Origin: an uncultured virus (IMG/VR IMGVR_UViG_3300036770_005354)
Lineage: Duplodnaviria > Heunggongvirae > Uroviricota > Caudoviricetes
DNA: 64,000 bases
Direction: 5' to 3' (one strand)
IMG/VR virus record: IMGVR_UViG_3300036770_005354
Span: 1 to 64,000 of that record
Below the pieces are notes generated by a model. The model saw only the letters and a list, made by a program, of their open reading frames with translations, did not search any database and was not told the origin of the DNA. Position numbers and translations under genes: made by a program. Position 1 is the stretch's first letter. Every line of letters starts with the position of its first letter. Shown here piece after piece: positions 47,122 through 57,083 of this stretch.

Positions 47122-47874
47122 ATGAAAATATTAGAATTATTTGAACAAACTAATCCTACACTTAGAATAGGTAGCAGAGGTCCAGCAGTTGGTCAAGTAC
47201 AAACATTATTAAAAATAAAATCTGATAACATTTTTGGAAATAATACTAGACAAGCAGTTATAAATTTTCAAAAAAGCAATAACTTAACAGCAGATGGTAT
47301 AGTTGGACCTAATACATGGAGGGCATTATTAACAAGCGGATCAGCGGCACAAGCCCCAGCTACTCAACAACCAGCACAAGAAAAAGAAATTGATAGAATT
47401 GTAAAAAGTGGTCCTGGGTTTATTGATGTAGAAACAGTTGATGGGGATATTCAACGAAGACAAGGAAACGTTAACTGGAGGATGAATAACCCTGGAAACC
47501 TAAGAGATTTTCCGTGGACAAAAAAACAACCTGGATATGTCGGATCAGGAAATGCTGGTGCTAGTGGAACTTTTGCAGTATTTGCTACACCGGAAGATGG
47601 TTTTAATGCTAAGAAACAATTGCTATTTAGTCCATCATCTAAATATGTAAATATGACCATTAAGGATGCTATAACAAGATATGCTCCACCTACAGAAAAC
47701 AATACATTAGCATACATTGATGCAGTAGTAAAAGCAACCAATACCAGCCAAAATACTCCCTTAAATAGATTAACACCACAGCAGCAAAATTTAATGCTTG
47801 ATGCAATTAATCGAATGGAAGGATATAAAGTAGGATCAATTAAAACAATTCAAAAATCTACTGGAACAGCTTAA
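47122..47874 (+). CDS. peptidoglycan-binding domain + lysozyme-like domain protein
   Basis: LRIGSRG..V..VQ...FQ....L.ADGIVGPNTW; NNPGNLR, FAVF, RYAPP.ENNT.AY. Confidence 0.8.
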   Translation: MKILELFEQTNPTLRIGSRGPAVGQVQTLLKIKSDNIFGNNTRQAVINFQKSNNLTADGIVGPNTWRALLTSGSAAQAPATQQPAQEKEIDRIVKSGPGFIDVETVDGDIQRRQGNVNWRMNNPGNLRDFPWTKKQPGYVGSGNAGASGTFAVFATPEDGFNAKKQLLFSPSSKYVNMTIKDAITRYAPPTENNTLAYIDAVVKATNTSQNTPLNRLTPQQQNLMLDAINRMEGYKVGSIKTIQKSTGTA

Positions 47875-47880
47875 TATATT

Positions 47881-48249
47881 ATGAGATTAAAAGAATTCAT
47901 CACAGAAAAAAAGATTGGTAAAATAAAAAAACGCCAACAAAAATCTTCTAGAGGAATACATGTTTATTCTGATGGTGAACGAGCCAGCGGTGATTACACA
48001 GAATATAGATTGGGACTAGCTGTAGCAGGAGCCAATGGAAAAGATCCATTAAAGATTGATTCAAAAAGCTGGTTTGGTAAGAAAAAAGTGACCTTTCCAT
48101 ATTCTGAAGAAGAACAAGAAATGCTAAAACAAGCATATAAAGCTGTTGGAGCGAAATGGAAAGATATTAATCACGGTGATTTAAATAGTGAAGAGTTAGA
48201 TAACACCAACACTGTAAGTCCCGTTTCAAATTGGATGGGTAAAAAATGA
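47881..48249 (+). CDS. hypothetical protein (possible internal head protein)
   Basis: N-terminus MRLKEFITE. Confidence 0.75.
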   Translation: MRLKEFITEKKIGKIKKRQQKSSRGIHVYSDGERASGDYTEYRLGLAVAGANGKDPLKIDSKSWFGKKKVTFPYSEEEQEMLKQAYKAVGAKWKDINHGDLNSEELDNTNTVSPVSNWMGKK

Positions 48250-49715
48250 ACAAAGAATTTAAAAAAGTATCTGGAAAATCTGAAACAAGATATATCCTTG
48301 AAACAGCATCCGCTGGCGGCACATCTTCTGGTGATGTGGGATCAGTTGCGTCTAATTTAGGAATGATTAAACGCAGAGTACAAGAATTAAAAAAAACTGT
48401 AAAAGTTCCAACAAAACCTCCTAGAAATCCAGTTGGCATGGGGTCTACTCCCGGTAGAGGAACACAGAAACATACTAGGTCAGATAGAAAAAACGAAAAA
48501 GATTCTAAAAAAATTTTTGAATTAGATGATGATAATAGTAAAATTTTCATTAAATTCAGACTATCCGAAATGCCAAATGAAGAAACTAGAATAATAATGT
48601 TTGGTGGCCCTGGTAATAAGCCTAAAGATATAAAACGTCAAGATTCTATTTTTAGTCCAGTTAATATAGATTATAAAGATACAGATGATTCCATTCTTAA
48701 AATTAAAAATGTATTATCTGAACTTGAAATTGGCGAGAAATCAAAAATTTTTATAGATATACCATCATACTTAAGTGATATTTTAGAAGACATTAAAGAT
48801 GCGATTGAAACCGAAATTATAGACGATAATAAAAATATAGAACTATTCAGAAAACCTAATATAGATAATGGTCTGAAAAAAGATGATGAAGAAGATAGTT
48901 TACATTATTTAATGACTCATCCAAAAAGTCAGATTGATATCGGTAGTAAAGATAAAAAATCACCGGACACAACTACTGATACTGATAATGATGTCACCAC
49001 TCAAGAGTTACCAAAAACTGATGGTAATAATTTAATTATACCAACTACAATACAAGGAAATAGATTTATTAAACAATTAGTTAGTGACGGAATATTAAAT
49101 TCAAATGATATAAAACTTATAGGTAATACTTTATATATTTCTAAAAATGATTTTAATACTGTTAAACAAGAACTTAAAAACAGAAATTTAAAAGATATTG
49201 AAATACATAAATTTTTTCCAGTTAAAAAATTTATGAGAGAGAACAAAGAACAAGACCATGAAATAAGTATGGCTTCAAGTGAATTGAAAAGTATAATGGC
49301 TGATGCCAAAAAAATATTAGCTAAAATAAAAAAATATAAAGAATCTGAAGGTATAATGGCATGGCAGCAAAGTAAAATAACAAAATCTGCCGATTATATG
49401 AATAGTGTAAATCAAAGTCTTGATGAAAATACATCTTCAATTTTAAAAAAAAAAGTAGAAAATGAAATAAAAGAAGATCTTCGTAAATGGTTTAAAGAAA
49501 AATGGGTTCGTTTTGGACCAGATGGTAAAATACGAGGAGATTGTGCAAGAGGATCAAGTAGTGAAGGTAAACCAAAGTGTTTACCACAAAGTAAAGCACA
49601 TTCTTTAGGCAAAAAAGGCAGAGCAAGTTCTGCTTCTAGAAAAAGAAGAGAAGATCCCAATCCAGAACGCAAAGGTTCTGCGATAAATGTTGCAACAAAA
49701 AAGAAAACAAGTTAA
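48246..49715 (+). CDS. modular hypothetical protein
   Basis: LETASAGGTSSG; W.QSKITKSADY; EDLRKWFKEKWV...KPKCLP modules. Confidence 0.8.
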   Translation: MNKEFKKVSGKSETRYILETASAGGTSSGDVGSVASNLGMIKRRVQELKKTVKVPTKPPRNPVGMGSTPGRGTQKHTRSDRKNEKDSKKIFELDDDNSKIFIKFRLSEMPNEETRIIMFGGPGNKPKDIKRQDSIFSPVNIDYKDTDDSILKIKNVLSELEIGEKSKIFIDIPSYLSDILEDIKDAIETEIIDDNKNIELFRKPNIDNGLKKDDEEDSLHYLMTHPKSQIDIGSKDKKSPDTTTDTDNDVTTQELPKTDGNNLIIPTTIQGNRFIKQLVSDGILNSNDIKLIGNTLYISKNDFNTVKQELKNRNLKDIEIHKFFPVKKFMRENKEQDHEISMASSELKSIMADAKKILAKIKKYKESEGIMAWQQSKITKSADYMNSVNQSLDENTSSILKKKVENEIKEDLRKWFKEKWVRFGPDGKIRGDCARGSSSEGKPKCLPQSKAHSLGKKGRASSASRKRREDPNPERKGSAINVATKKKTS

Positions 49716-49741
49716 AATACATCACCTGCCAAGGAACAAAT

Positions 49742-51070
49742 ATGAAAAATAATCAATCTTTAAAAAGCAGAAAATGCCCAGAATGTGGCGGTCCATTATT
49801 TTCAGAGTCAGTAATGATGGAAAAAAAGGATGCATGTTATTATAAAGTAAAAAGTAGATATAAAGTGTGGCCAAGCGCATATGCTTGTGTTCCAGAAGAA
49901 ACATCAAAAGCGTTAACTAAAGAAGGATGGAAAAAAGTAGACGAATTAAATATAGGCGATAACATTTTAACTTATAATATGCAAAAAGATGTTATGGAAT
50001 TTAAACCAATAACAAATTTGCATCGTTACAAAAATGCCGAAACCAATGTAATTAGAAGCGGTAATACTGGATTTGTTTTTGAATGTACCCCGAATCATAA
50101 ATGGGTAATAAAATTTCCTGAACAAAAAACTTCTAAAATAGGAAAATATGAAAAAACTAATAATATGGCATTATTAGAATCTACTGACATGATTGATTTC
50201 AAGCATAAAAAACATTTAGTAGTTACTGCACCATATGAAGGTGGGGAATCGATACGAAAAGATAAAATATTTAAATATGGTGATAATTGGATAAAATATA
50301 TTTTAGATATATCACCAGAACAACGTCAAAGTTGGTTATTTAGCGCAATTGTTTATGATGGAAACCAATGTAAAGCTAGACGTCTTACTGAAAATAATAA
50401 CAGTATAAGTAATCTGGATTGGGAATATAGTGGAAATTATGGCAAGCAATCTTTTAATTTTAAGCAAAAAGATGTAGAACATCGTAATGCTTTTATTTTA
50501 GCTGCATTTTTAAACGGTGGAACTGTTACTTGGAAAGAATATTATAATCATGAGATTTATTCATGTTATTATGTAAGCAATAAAAGATATAAAAATTTAA
50601 CTAACTTCAAGATTATTAAAGAAAATAAAACTGACGTATGGTGCCCAGAAACAGAAAATGGTACTTGGGTAATGATGCAAGAAACTGATGGATGTGGAAT
50701 TATTACAATTACTGGAAATAGTGGAGCATTAGTTAAATGCAGGAAAAAAGGATCTAAAAACTGGGGAGCTAAAAAAGAAAATATGAACTACACTAATATA
50801 CAAGAAAATGAAACAGTTGATCAAGAAGCTCTTGATAAAAAGAATCTAAATTTTATTAAAAAATTAGCTGGTGCAGATTATAAACCCGATAATACTTTAT
50901 CAGATTCTGATAAACAACAAATGTTAGCTACAGCTTTGCAACAACCTGAAATGACGGCAGATCCAAAAAATATTATAAAGTTTGTACTAAGTATTGGTTA
51001 CGATATTGAATCAGTTTTAGCTTCTATACCTCCGGGAATGGATTTATCTAAAGACTTGCCAAAAAAATAA
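49742..51070 (+). CDS. intein-containing hypothetical protein
   Basis: CPECGG N-terminus; exteins join as DACYYKVKSRYKVWPSAYA|SGALVKCRKKG. Confidence 0.85.
   Translation: MKNNQSLKSRKCPECGGPLFSESVMMEKKDACYYKVKSRYKVWPSAYACVPEETSKALTKEGWKKVDELNIGDNILTYNMQKDVMEFKPITNLHRYKNAETNVIRSGNTGFVFECTPNHKWVIKFPEQKTSKIGKYEKTNNMALLESTDMIDFKHKKHLVVTAPYEGGESIRKDKIFKYGDNWIKYILDISPEQRQSWLFSAIVYDGNQCKARRLTENNNSISNLDWEYSGNYGKQSFNFKQKDVEHRNAFILAAFLNGGTVTWKEYYNHEIYSCYYVSNKRYKNLTNFKIIKENKTDVWCPETENGTWVMMQETDGCGIITITGNSGALVKCRKKGSKNWGAKKENMNYTNIQENETVDQEALDKKNLNFIKKLAGADYKPDNTLSDSDKQQMLATALQQPEMTADPKNIIKFVLSIGYDIESVLASIPPGMDLSKDLPKK
49886..50719 (+). mobile_element. intein (278 aa)
   Basis: block A CVPEETSKALTKEGWK, block B CTPNHKW, block F DVWCPETENG, block G ITGN followed by Ser+1. 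Confidence 0.88.
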
Positions 51071-51101
51071 TTTAATAGAATTCATCAACATTTTTATAAT
51101 G

Positions 51102-51147
51102 TGAGAAGCTACGAGTACTTGTATCATAGCTTCTCATGTAGTATAAT
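51102..51147 (+). promoter_or_regulatory. sigma70-type promoter overlapped by a 10-bp inverted repeat
   Basis: TTGTAT-17-TATAAT (51119-51147); TGAGAAGCTA-N15-TAGCTTCTCA. Confidence 0.6.
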
Positions 51148-51166
51148 ATTTGGCAAAGGAGTTTTT

Positions 51167-51439
51167 ATGAGCAAAGCATATGGCGCACCAGAACAAGCAA
51201 AAATCAAACAAATAATCGCAGAAGGCGTAACTGTCATGCGAGAAATTCAGGATTTAACTGAAGGGCTAAATGAAACAATTAAAGCAGTTTCAGAAGAACT
51301 GGAAGTAAAACCAAGTATAATTAGAAAAGCGATAAGAATTGCATTGAAAGATCAATGGGATCAAGTATTTCGTGAATTTGATGATTTGGAGACTATCGTT
51401 GATATTAGTGGTCATGCGCATATTAGAAAAGAAGATTGA
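51167..51439 (+). CDS. small helical protein, possibly T4 DsbA-like dsDNA-binding
   Basis: AAGGAG RBS; IKAVSEELEVKPSIIRKAIRIA. Confidence 0.6.
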   Translation: MSKAYGAPEQAKIKQIIAEGVTVMREIQDLTEGLNETIKAVSEELEVKPSIIRKAIRIALKDQWDQVFREFDDLETIVDISGHAHIRKED

Positions 51440-51441
51440 AT

Positions 51442-52059
51442 ATGCCTACATCCCTTTCAGCTTTTAATAAAGAAGTTATAGACCATATAACAGCATTAAA
51501 ACCAAAAACTGTATTAGACGTAGGTCCAGGCCAAGGTAAATATAAAAATATAATTAATTCAGTAAGTTCTGAAATTGTATGTGATGCAGTTGAACCTGTT
51601 GAAAAATATATTACTGATTATGATTTAAAATCAAAATATAGAAATGTTTTTTATCAAGATATAATTGATTTTGTTAAAACAGATAGAACACATCATTATG
51701 ATTTATGTATCATGGGTGATATATTAGAACATTTGTTTTTAAACGAAGCTATGAATGTAATTGATGCACTTGCATATAAATGTAAACATTTAATTATTAT
51801 CTGGCCAACAAACTTACCACAAGATGTTGAGTTTGACTCTTATTACGAAATGCATAAAAGTAATTTCACGTTAAGTGATATTGCTAGATTCAATATTCAA
51901 GTTTATAAAAAAACTTTTGGATTCTATCGAAATAGATTACCAGTTGAACTTCATTATGCTTTAATAGCGGGTCACACAACTGCACACGATGAAATTTTAA
52001 GAAAATTAATTATAAACAACGACGGATATGTCATTGGTGTCGAAAACGAAAACTGTTAA
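51442..52059 (+). CDS. class I SAM-dependent methyltransferase
   Basis: VLDVGPGQG, DAVE, YDL...GDILEH. Confidence 0.85.
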   Translation: MPTSLSAFNKEVIDHITALKPKTVLDVGPGQGKYKNIINSVSSEIVCDAVEPVEKYITDYDLKSKYRNVFYQDIIDFVKTDRTHHYDLCIMGDILEHLFLNEAMNVIDALAYKCKHLIIIWPTNLPQDVEFDSYYEMHKSNFTLSDIARFNIQVYKKTFGFYRNRLPVELHYALIAGHTTAHDEILRKLIINNDGYVIGVENENC

Positions 52060-52061
52060 CT

Positions 52062-54761
52062 ATGAGTTATGTTGATGCAATTTGGGATAAGCAAAAAGAT
52101 TTAGTCCATGTAGTAGAAAGAGATCCCAAAAAAGGAAGAGTTTATAATACTTATCCAGCAAAATACTGTTTTTATTATGAAAATGACAAAGGTAAGTATA
52201 GATCCATTTTTGGAAAAAAGTTAGATAAAGTATCAACTACTTCCTATAAGGATTTCAAAAAAGAAGAAAGAATAAAAAATAATTATAAACTATACGAGAG
52301 TGATCTATCTGCAATTTCAAGATGTTTAGAAGAAAATTATTTAGGTAAAGAACCACCAAACCTTAATGTATGTTTTTTTGACATTGAGGTTGACTTTGAT
52401 CCAGATCGGGGTTATGCATCACCTGAAGATGCATTTATGCCAATAAATGCAATATCTTTATATATGCAACATTTAGATGCATTAATAACATTGGCAATTC
52501 CACCTAAAACATTGACACTTGAACAAGCAGTTGAATTAACCAAAGATTTTCCAAATACTTATATATTTGAAGAAGAAAGGGATCTTATTGATACTTTTCT
52601 TCAGTTAATCGAAGATGTAGATGTATTAAGTGGATGGAATAGCACAGGTTTTGATATCCCTTATACAGTACATAGAACTATTAAATCTCTAGGTAAAGAT
52701 TATACTAGAAAATTTTGCTTATGGGATTATTATCCCGTAAAAAAAGAATATGAAAAGTATGGAAAACATGCGGTTACCTATACGTTAGTTGGTAGAGTCC
52801 ATCTAGATAGTCTAGAACTATACAGAAAATATACGTATGAAGAAAGACCTAGTTTTAGTCTAGATTCAATTGCTGAATTTGAATTGGGAGAACGAAAGAC
52901 TGAATATGAAGGTTCTTTGGATCAGTTATATAACAACGATTTCAAAAAATTTATTGAATATAATAGACAAGACGTAACTCTTCTAAACAAGTTGGATAAA
53001 AAGTTGAAATTTTTAAGCTTAGCTAATTCAATTGCTCATGAAAATACAGTATTGTTACCGAAGGTACTTGGTGCAGTAGCAGTAACTGAACAAGCAATTA
53101 TCAATGAAGCGCATTATAGAGGATTAATTGTACCATCAAGAATTAGAACAAATGATCAAGAGGTAGATGATGAAGATAAAGAAGATGACATCGAAGATAA
53201 AGCCGCAGGAGCGTATGTAGCATATCCTAAAAAAGGATTACATGATTGGATTGGTTCTGTTGATATTAATAGTCTATACCCAAGTGTTATTAGAGCATTA
53301 AACATGGGTCCTGAAACTATTGTTGGTCAGCTAAATCAAGAAAAAACTGAAGCATATATAAAATTTCAAATGAGAGAGGGTAAAAAATTCGCCGCCGCAT
53401 GGGAAGGATTATTTGGCAGTTTTGAATATGAATCAGTTATGAATAAAGAAATAGGAACTGAAATTGAAATAAATTGGGAGAATGGATCAAGTCAAACATT
53501 TTCAGCTGCTGAAGTATATCAAATAATATTTGAAAGTAACAAACCGTGGATGTTATCTGCCAACGGTACTATATTTTCTTATGAGAACGAAGGAGTTATC
53601 CCGGGACTTCTAAAAAAATGGTACGTTGAAAGAAAGGAACTACAAGCTAAACTTAAAATTTCAAAAGAGAATGGAAACTCTCAAGAAGAGGAATATTGGG
53701 ATAAAAGACAATTAGTAAAAAAAATTAACTTGAACTCATTATATGGAGCTATTCTTAATGCAGGATGTCGTTTTTATGATAAGAGAATTGGTCAATCAAC
53801 TACACTTACTGGTAGACAAATTGTCAAACACATGAATTCAAAAATTAATGAAATTATATGTGGAGATTATGATCATACTGGAAAATCAGTAATTTATTCT
53901 GACACTGATAGTTGTTATTTTTCAGCATATCCAATTTTAAAAGATGATATCAATAGTAAAAAAATAGAATGGGATGGTGAAATTGCAATTAAGTTGTATA
54001 ATGCTGTTGCAGATAATGTAAATTCCTCATTTTCTGATTTTATGTTAAATCAATTCCATTGTCCACCAAGTAGAGGAGAAGTTATTAAAGCTGGCCGGGA
54101 AATAGTGGCATCAAAAGGTCTGTTCATAACCAAAAAAAGATACGCTGTTCTTTATTATGATAAAGATGGCAAACGTTATGATATTGACGGTTCTCCCGGT
54201 AAAATTAAAGCAATGGGCCTAGATCTAAAAAGAAGTGATACTCCTGATTACATGCAGAATTTTTTAAGCTCAATTTTGAAAAAAATTCTTACTGGCAGTA
54301 AAGAGCATGAAATTGTAGAACTTATAAAAAGCTTCAGAGCAGAATTTAGAAAAAAACCAGGTTGGGAGAAAGGAACTCCAAAAAGAGTTAATAATATCAC
54401 TGCATTAGCAAAAAAAGAGAGTGACTTAGGAAAAGCAAATTTACCTGGTCATGTTAGAGCATCTTTAAATTGGAATACCCTAAAAAAATTAAACAATGAT
54501 AGATACTCATTAAATATTACTGATGGTTCAAAAATTATAGTTTGCAAAATAAAAGATAATCAGTTAGGATACACATCAGTAGCATATCCTATAGATGATT
54601 TGAGATTACCAGAGTGGTTTAAGAAACTACCATTTGACCATGAAGCTATGGAAGAAGCCATCATTGATAAAAAATTAGACAATTTGATAGGTATATTAAA
54701 TTGGTCGATAAAAAATACACAAGAAAATAACACATTTAGCAACATTTTTGAATTTGTATAA
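52062..54761 (+). CDS. family B DNA polymerase
   Basis: FDIE, GWNS..FD.PY, YNRQD, DINSLYPS, K..LNSLYG, YSDTDS, KKRY. Confidence 0.97.
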   Translation: MSYVDAIWDKQKDLVHVVERDPKKGRVYNTYPAKYCFYYENDKGKYRSIFGKKLDKVSTTSYKDFKKEERIKNNYKLYESDLSAISRCLEENYLGKEPPNLNVCFFDIEVDFDPDRGYASPEDAFMPINAISLYMQHLDALITLAIPPKTLTLEQAVELTKDFPNTYIFEEERDLIDTFLQLIEDVDVLSGWNSTGFDIPYTVHRTIKSLGKDYTRKFCLWDYYPVKKEYEKYGKHAVTYTLVGRVHLDSLELYRKYTYEERPSFSLDSIAEFELGERKTEYEGSLDQLYNNDFKKFIEYNRQDVTLLNKLDKKLKFLSLANSIAHENTVLLPKVLGAVAVTEQAIINEAHYRGLIVPSRIRTNDQEVDDEDKEDDIEDKAAGAYVAYPKKGLHDWIGSVDINSLYPSVIRALNMGPETIVGQLNQEKTEAYIKFQMREGKKFAAAWEGLFGSFEYESVMNKEIGTEIEINWENGSSQTFSAAEVYQIIFESNKPWMLSANGTIFSYENEGVIPGLLKKWYVERKELQAKLKISKENGNSQEEEYWDKRQLVKKINLNSLYGAILNAGCRFYDKRIGQSTTLTGRQIVKHMNSKINEIICGDYDHTGKSVIYSDTDSCYFSAYPILKDDINSKKIEWDGEIAIKLYNAVADNVNSSFSDFMLNQFHCPPSRGEVIKAGREIVASKGLFITKKRYAVLYYDKDGKRYDIDGSPGKIKAMGLDLKRSDTPDYMQNFLSSILKKILTGSKEHEIVELIKSFRAEFRKKPGWEKGTPKRVNNITALAKKESDLGKANLPGHVRASLNWNTLKKLNNDRYSLNITDGSKIIVCKIKDNQLGYTSVAYPIDDLRLPEWFKKLPFDHEAMEEAIIDKKLDNLIGILNWSIKNTQENNTFSNIFEFV

Positions 54762-54764
54762 TTT

Positions 54765-55496
54765 ATGAAACAAATATTAGACGATATAGTACAGCACACG
54801 CATTTAATGGGTTTATTTCCTGCCTTAAAAATTCACACCAATGAAAATAATGAAACTATTATTGAATCAATGGCGGAAGATAAAAGTGTAGTATTACAAG
54901 CAATTACCAATTCACCCATTCCAGATTTTAACTATACATTTGGAATGGGTAATATAGAAAAATTAAATACATTACTTAAGTGCCCAGAATATAAAGACGA
55001 TCCAATAATAAAAGTTATCAAATCTGACAAAGATGATCAAAAATTACCAATAGCAATTGAATTTAATAATAAAAATAATGATTTTAAAAATCATTATAGA
55101 TTAATGAATACTGAAATAATTAATGAAAAATTAAAATCAATAAGATTAAAACAAATATATTGGGAAATTGATTTTGAACCATCCGATACAAGTATGCAAA
55201 AATTCAAATATCAAGTAGCGTTGAATAATCAAGAAAAGAATTTTAGTGTTACAACCACAGCAGGAAATTTAATATTTAATTTTGGTGATCAAGGTTCTTA
55301 CTACGGCTCATACATTTTTGAAAAAAATGTTAGTAAAAAATTAAGAAACAAATTTTCATGGCCAATTTCACAAACTTTATCTTTGTTTAACTTACCAGGA
55401 AGTAAAAAAATAAAATTTTCCAATGAAGGCGCAATGATGATCACTGTAACAAGTAATCATGCAGTTTATAATTATATATTGCCAGCGAGAGCTTGA
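54765..55496 (+). CDS. putative sliding clamp
   Basis: 243 aa directly after the polymerase; clamp loader in the window; alternating beta/alpha pattern; inferred from context. Confidence 0.5.
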   Translation: MKQILDDIVQHTHLMGLFPALKIHTNENNETIIESMAEDKSVVLQAITNSPIPDFNYTFGMGNIEKLNTLLKCPEYKDDPIIKVIKSDKDDQKLPIAIEFNNKNNDFKNHYRLMNTEIINEKLKSIRLKQIYWEIDFEPSDTSMQKFKYQVALNNQEKNFSVTTTAGNLIFNFGDQGSYYGSYIFEKNVSKKLRNKFSWPISQTLSLFNLPGSKKIKFSNEGAMMITVTSNHAVYNYILPARA

Positions 55497-55521
55497 CATC
55501 TATAACAAGCAGTGCTAAAAT
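55493..55521 (+). promoter_or_regulatory. sigma70-type promoter
   Basis: TTGACA-17-TAAAAT with extended TG; small TCACCT/AGGTGA hairpin downstream. Confidence 0.75.
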
Positions 55522-55585
55522 AGCATCACCTACGCAAGGTGAAATTTTTAAAATTCTAAACAACATTTAAAGGAAATATTCAAAC

Positions 55586-55765
55586 ATGGCACAGCCAAAA
55601 TTCATTGAAAAGCATCTTCGTATGAAGCCCGAAGTTTCTAAAATTTTTGATGACATTGAAAATTATAAAGAATATTGTAGAGACAATATGCTCAAGTTCG
55701 ATGAGCGAGATCTATACAAGTCAGAACAATATAAAAAGTTTGAAAAAGAACTTAGGAATAGATAA
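55586..55765 (+). CDS. small hypothetical protein (absent from ORF track)
   Basis: 59 aa, AAGGA RBS; IFDDIENYKEYCR...FDERDLY. Confidence 0.7.
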   Translation: MAQPKFIEKHLRMKPEVSKIFDDIENYKEYCRDNMLKFDERDLYKSEQYKKFEKELRNR

Positions 55766-56743
55766 ATGCGGCTTGTTTTTAATTTAATGGGTCACTTTAA
55801 CCCCAACTCTGGGGGTGTAAATGTCCTGTTATCTCACATGAAACTGTTACGTGAACTTAATTTTAATGTTTGTGTATATGTTTATTGGAGAGAAGAACAA
55901 CAATCAATAGTAAAATTAGTAGAAAACGATTATGAAATTTTAGATTTAAATCATCTTACCAAAGATGATCTAGTAATAGTATGTGAAGAATTTATTTGGG
56001 TTGCAAATGATTTACTTGCACCATTAGGAATTCCTTATATTATTATTAATCAGGGAATTCATGGAACATTTTATTCATATAATCCATATGAGTTACACAA
56101 GAAAACGTATGATAATGCTGTTGCTATCTTAAGTAATTCACTACATACTACTACAGGTTTGAAAAAGATATTTAATTTACCAAACGATAAGATATATAAT
56201 TTTCGTATTGGAGTAGATAGCAATTTATATTACAATGAAAATGTAAAAAATAAAAAAAATATAGCATGCTATTTAAACTATAAAAATGGCAACTTTGCAA
56301 GATTTATTGACGTATATTTTCGAGGAAAATATCCAAATTGGCAATTAATTAAAATAGAAAACTTACCAAAAGAAGAAACTGCTACAGTATTCAGAAAATC
56401 AAAATTATTTTTTTCTTTTGGTGGTCCAGAGGGTTTTGGATTACCACCATTAGAATCCGCACTGTGTGGATGCAAGGTATTAGGATTTGATGGATATGCT
56501 GGTTCAGAATATTTTAAAGAATCAATATTTACAAAAGTCCAATTTATGGATTACATAGATTTCATTGATAAAATCCCATCTGTAATAGAAAATATAGATA
56601 ATTTTTCATCAGATGATTTAGAATATATAGACTATTTAAAAAATTTTTATAGTTTAGAAAAAACAAAAGATAGTTTATTTAAAATTTTCAATGAATTAAT
56701 AGATAAACAACAAACCAAATCAATCAACTTCATTTTATCATAA
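55766..56743 (+). CDS. GT-B (GT4-like) glycosyltransferase
   Basis: SGGV N-terminus; EGFGLPPLESALCG. Confidence 0.85.
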   Translation: MRLVFNLMGHFNPNSGGVNVLLSHMKLLRELNFNVCVYVYWREEQQSIVKLVENDYEILDLNHLTKDDLVIVCEEFIWVANDLLAPLGIPYIIINQGIHGTFYSYNPYELHKKTYDNAVAILSNSLHTTTGLKKIFNLPNDKIYNFRIGVDSNLYYNENVKNKKNIACYLNYKNGNFARFIDVYFRGKYPNWQLIKIENLPKEETATVFRKSKLFFSFGGPEGFGLPPLESALCGCKVLGFDGYAGSEYFKESIFTKVQFMDYIDFIDKIPSVIENIDNFSSDDLEYIDYLKNFYSLEKTKDSLFKIFNELIDKQQTKSINFILS

Positions 56744-56747
56744 AAGT

Positions 56748-57083
56748 ATGTTCAAAAACCTTTTTAAAAGATCGAATACCGCTGAAAAATTATCCCCAAA
56801 AGAAGAAGCAACAAAGTTAAAACAACCGTGGGTCACTGTAATCAATACAGAAATCAATAAAGAAAATATTAAAAATGGGTTTTTTGAGCTTGATTGGAAT
56901 GAATATTTTATTCTAGAATTAAGAAAAAATGGATATAATGGACCATCTGAAGAGGATATAGTTGATCAGTGGTTCACTGAAATGTGTAAAAACATTGGCA
57001 GTGAAGTGGGGATCAATATGAACAATAGAAACAGCGGATCTTTAAACAAAGCACTAAGAATTGATGATGACAAATATGAATAA
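56748..57083 (+). CDS. conserved hypothetical protein
   Basis: GFFELDWNEYFI..L...GY.G..EEDIVDQWF. Confidence 0.75.
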   Translation: MFKNLFKRSNTAEKLSPKEEATKLKQPWVTVINTEINKENIKNGFFELDWNEYFILELRKNGYNGPSEEDIVDQWFTEMCKNIGSEVGINMNNRNSGSLNKALRIDDDKYE

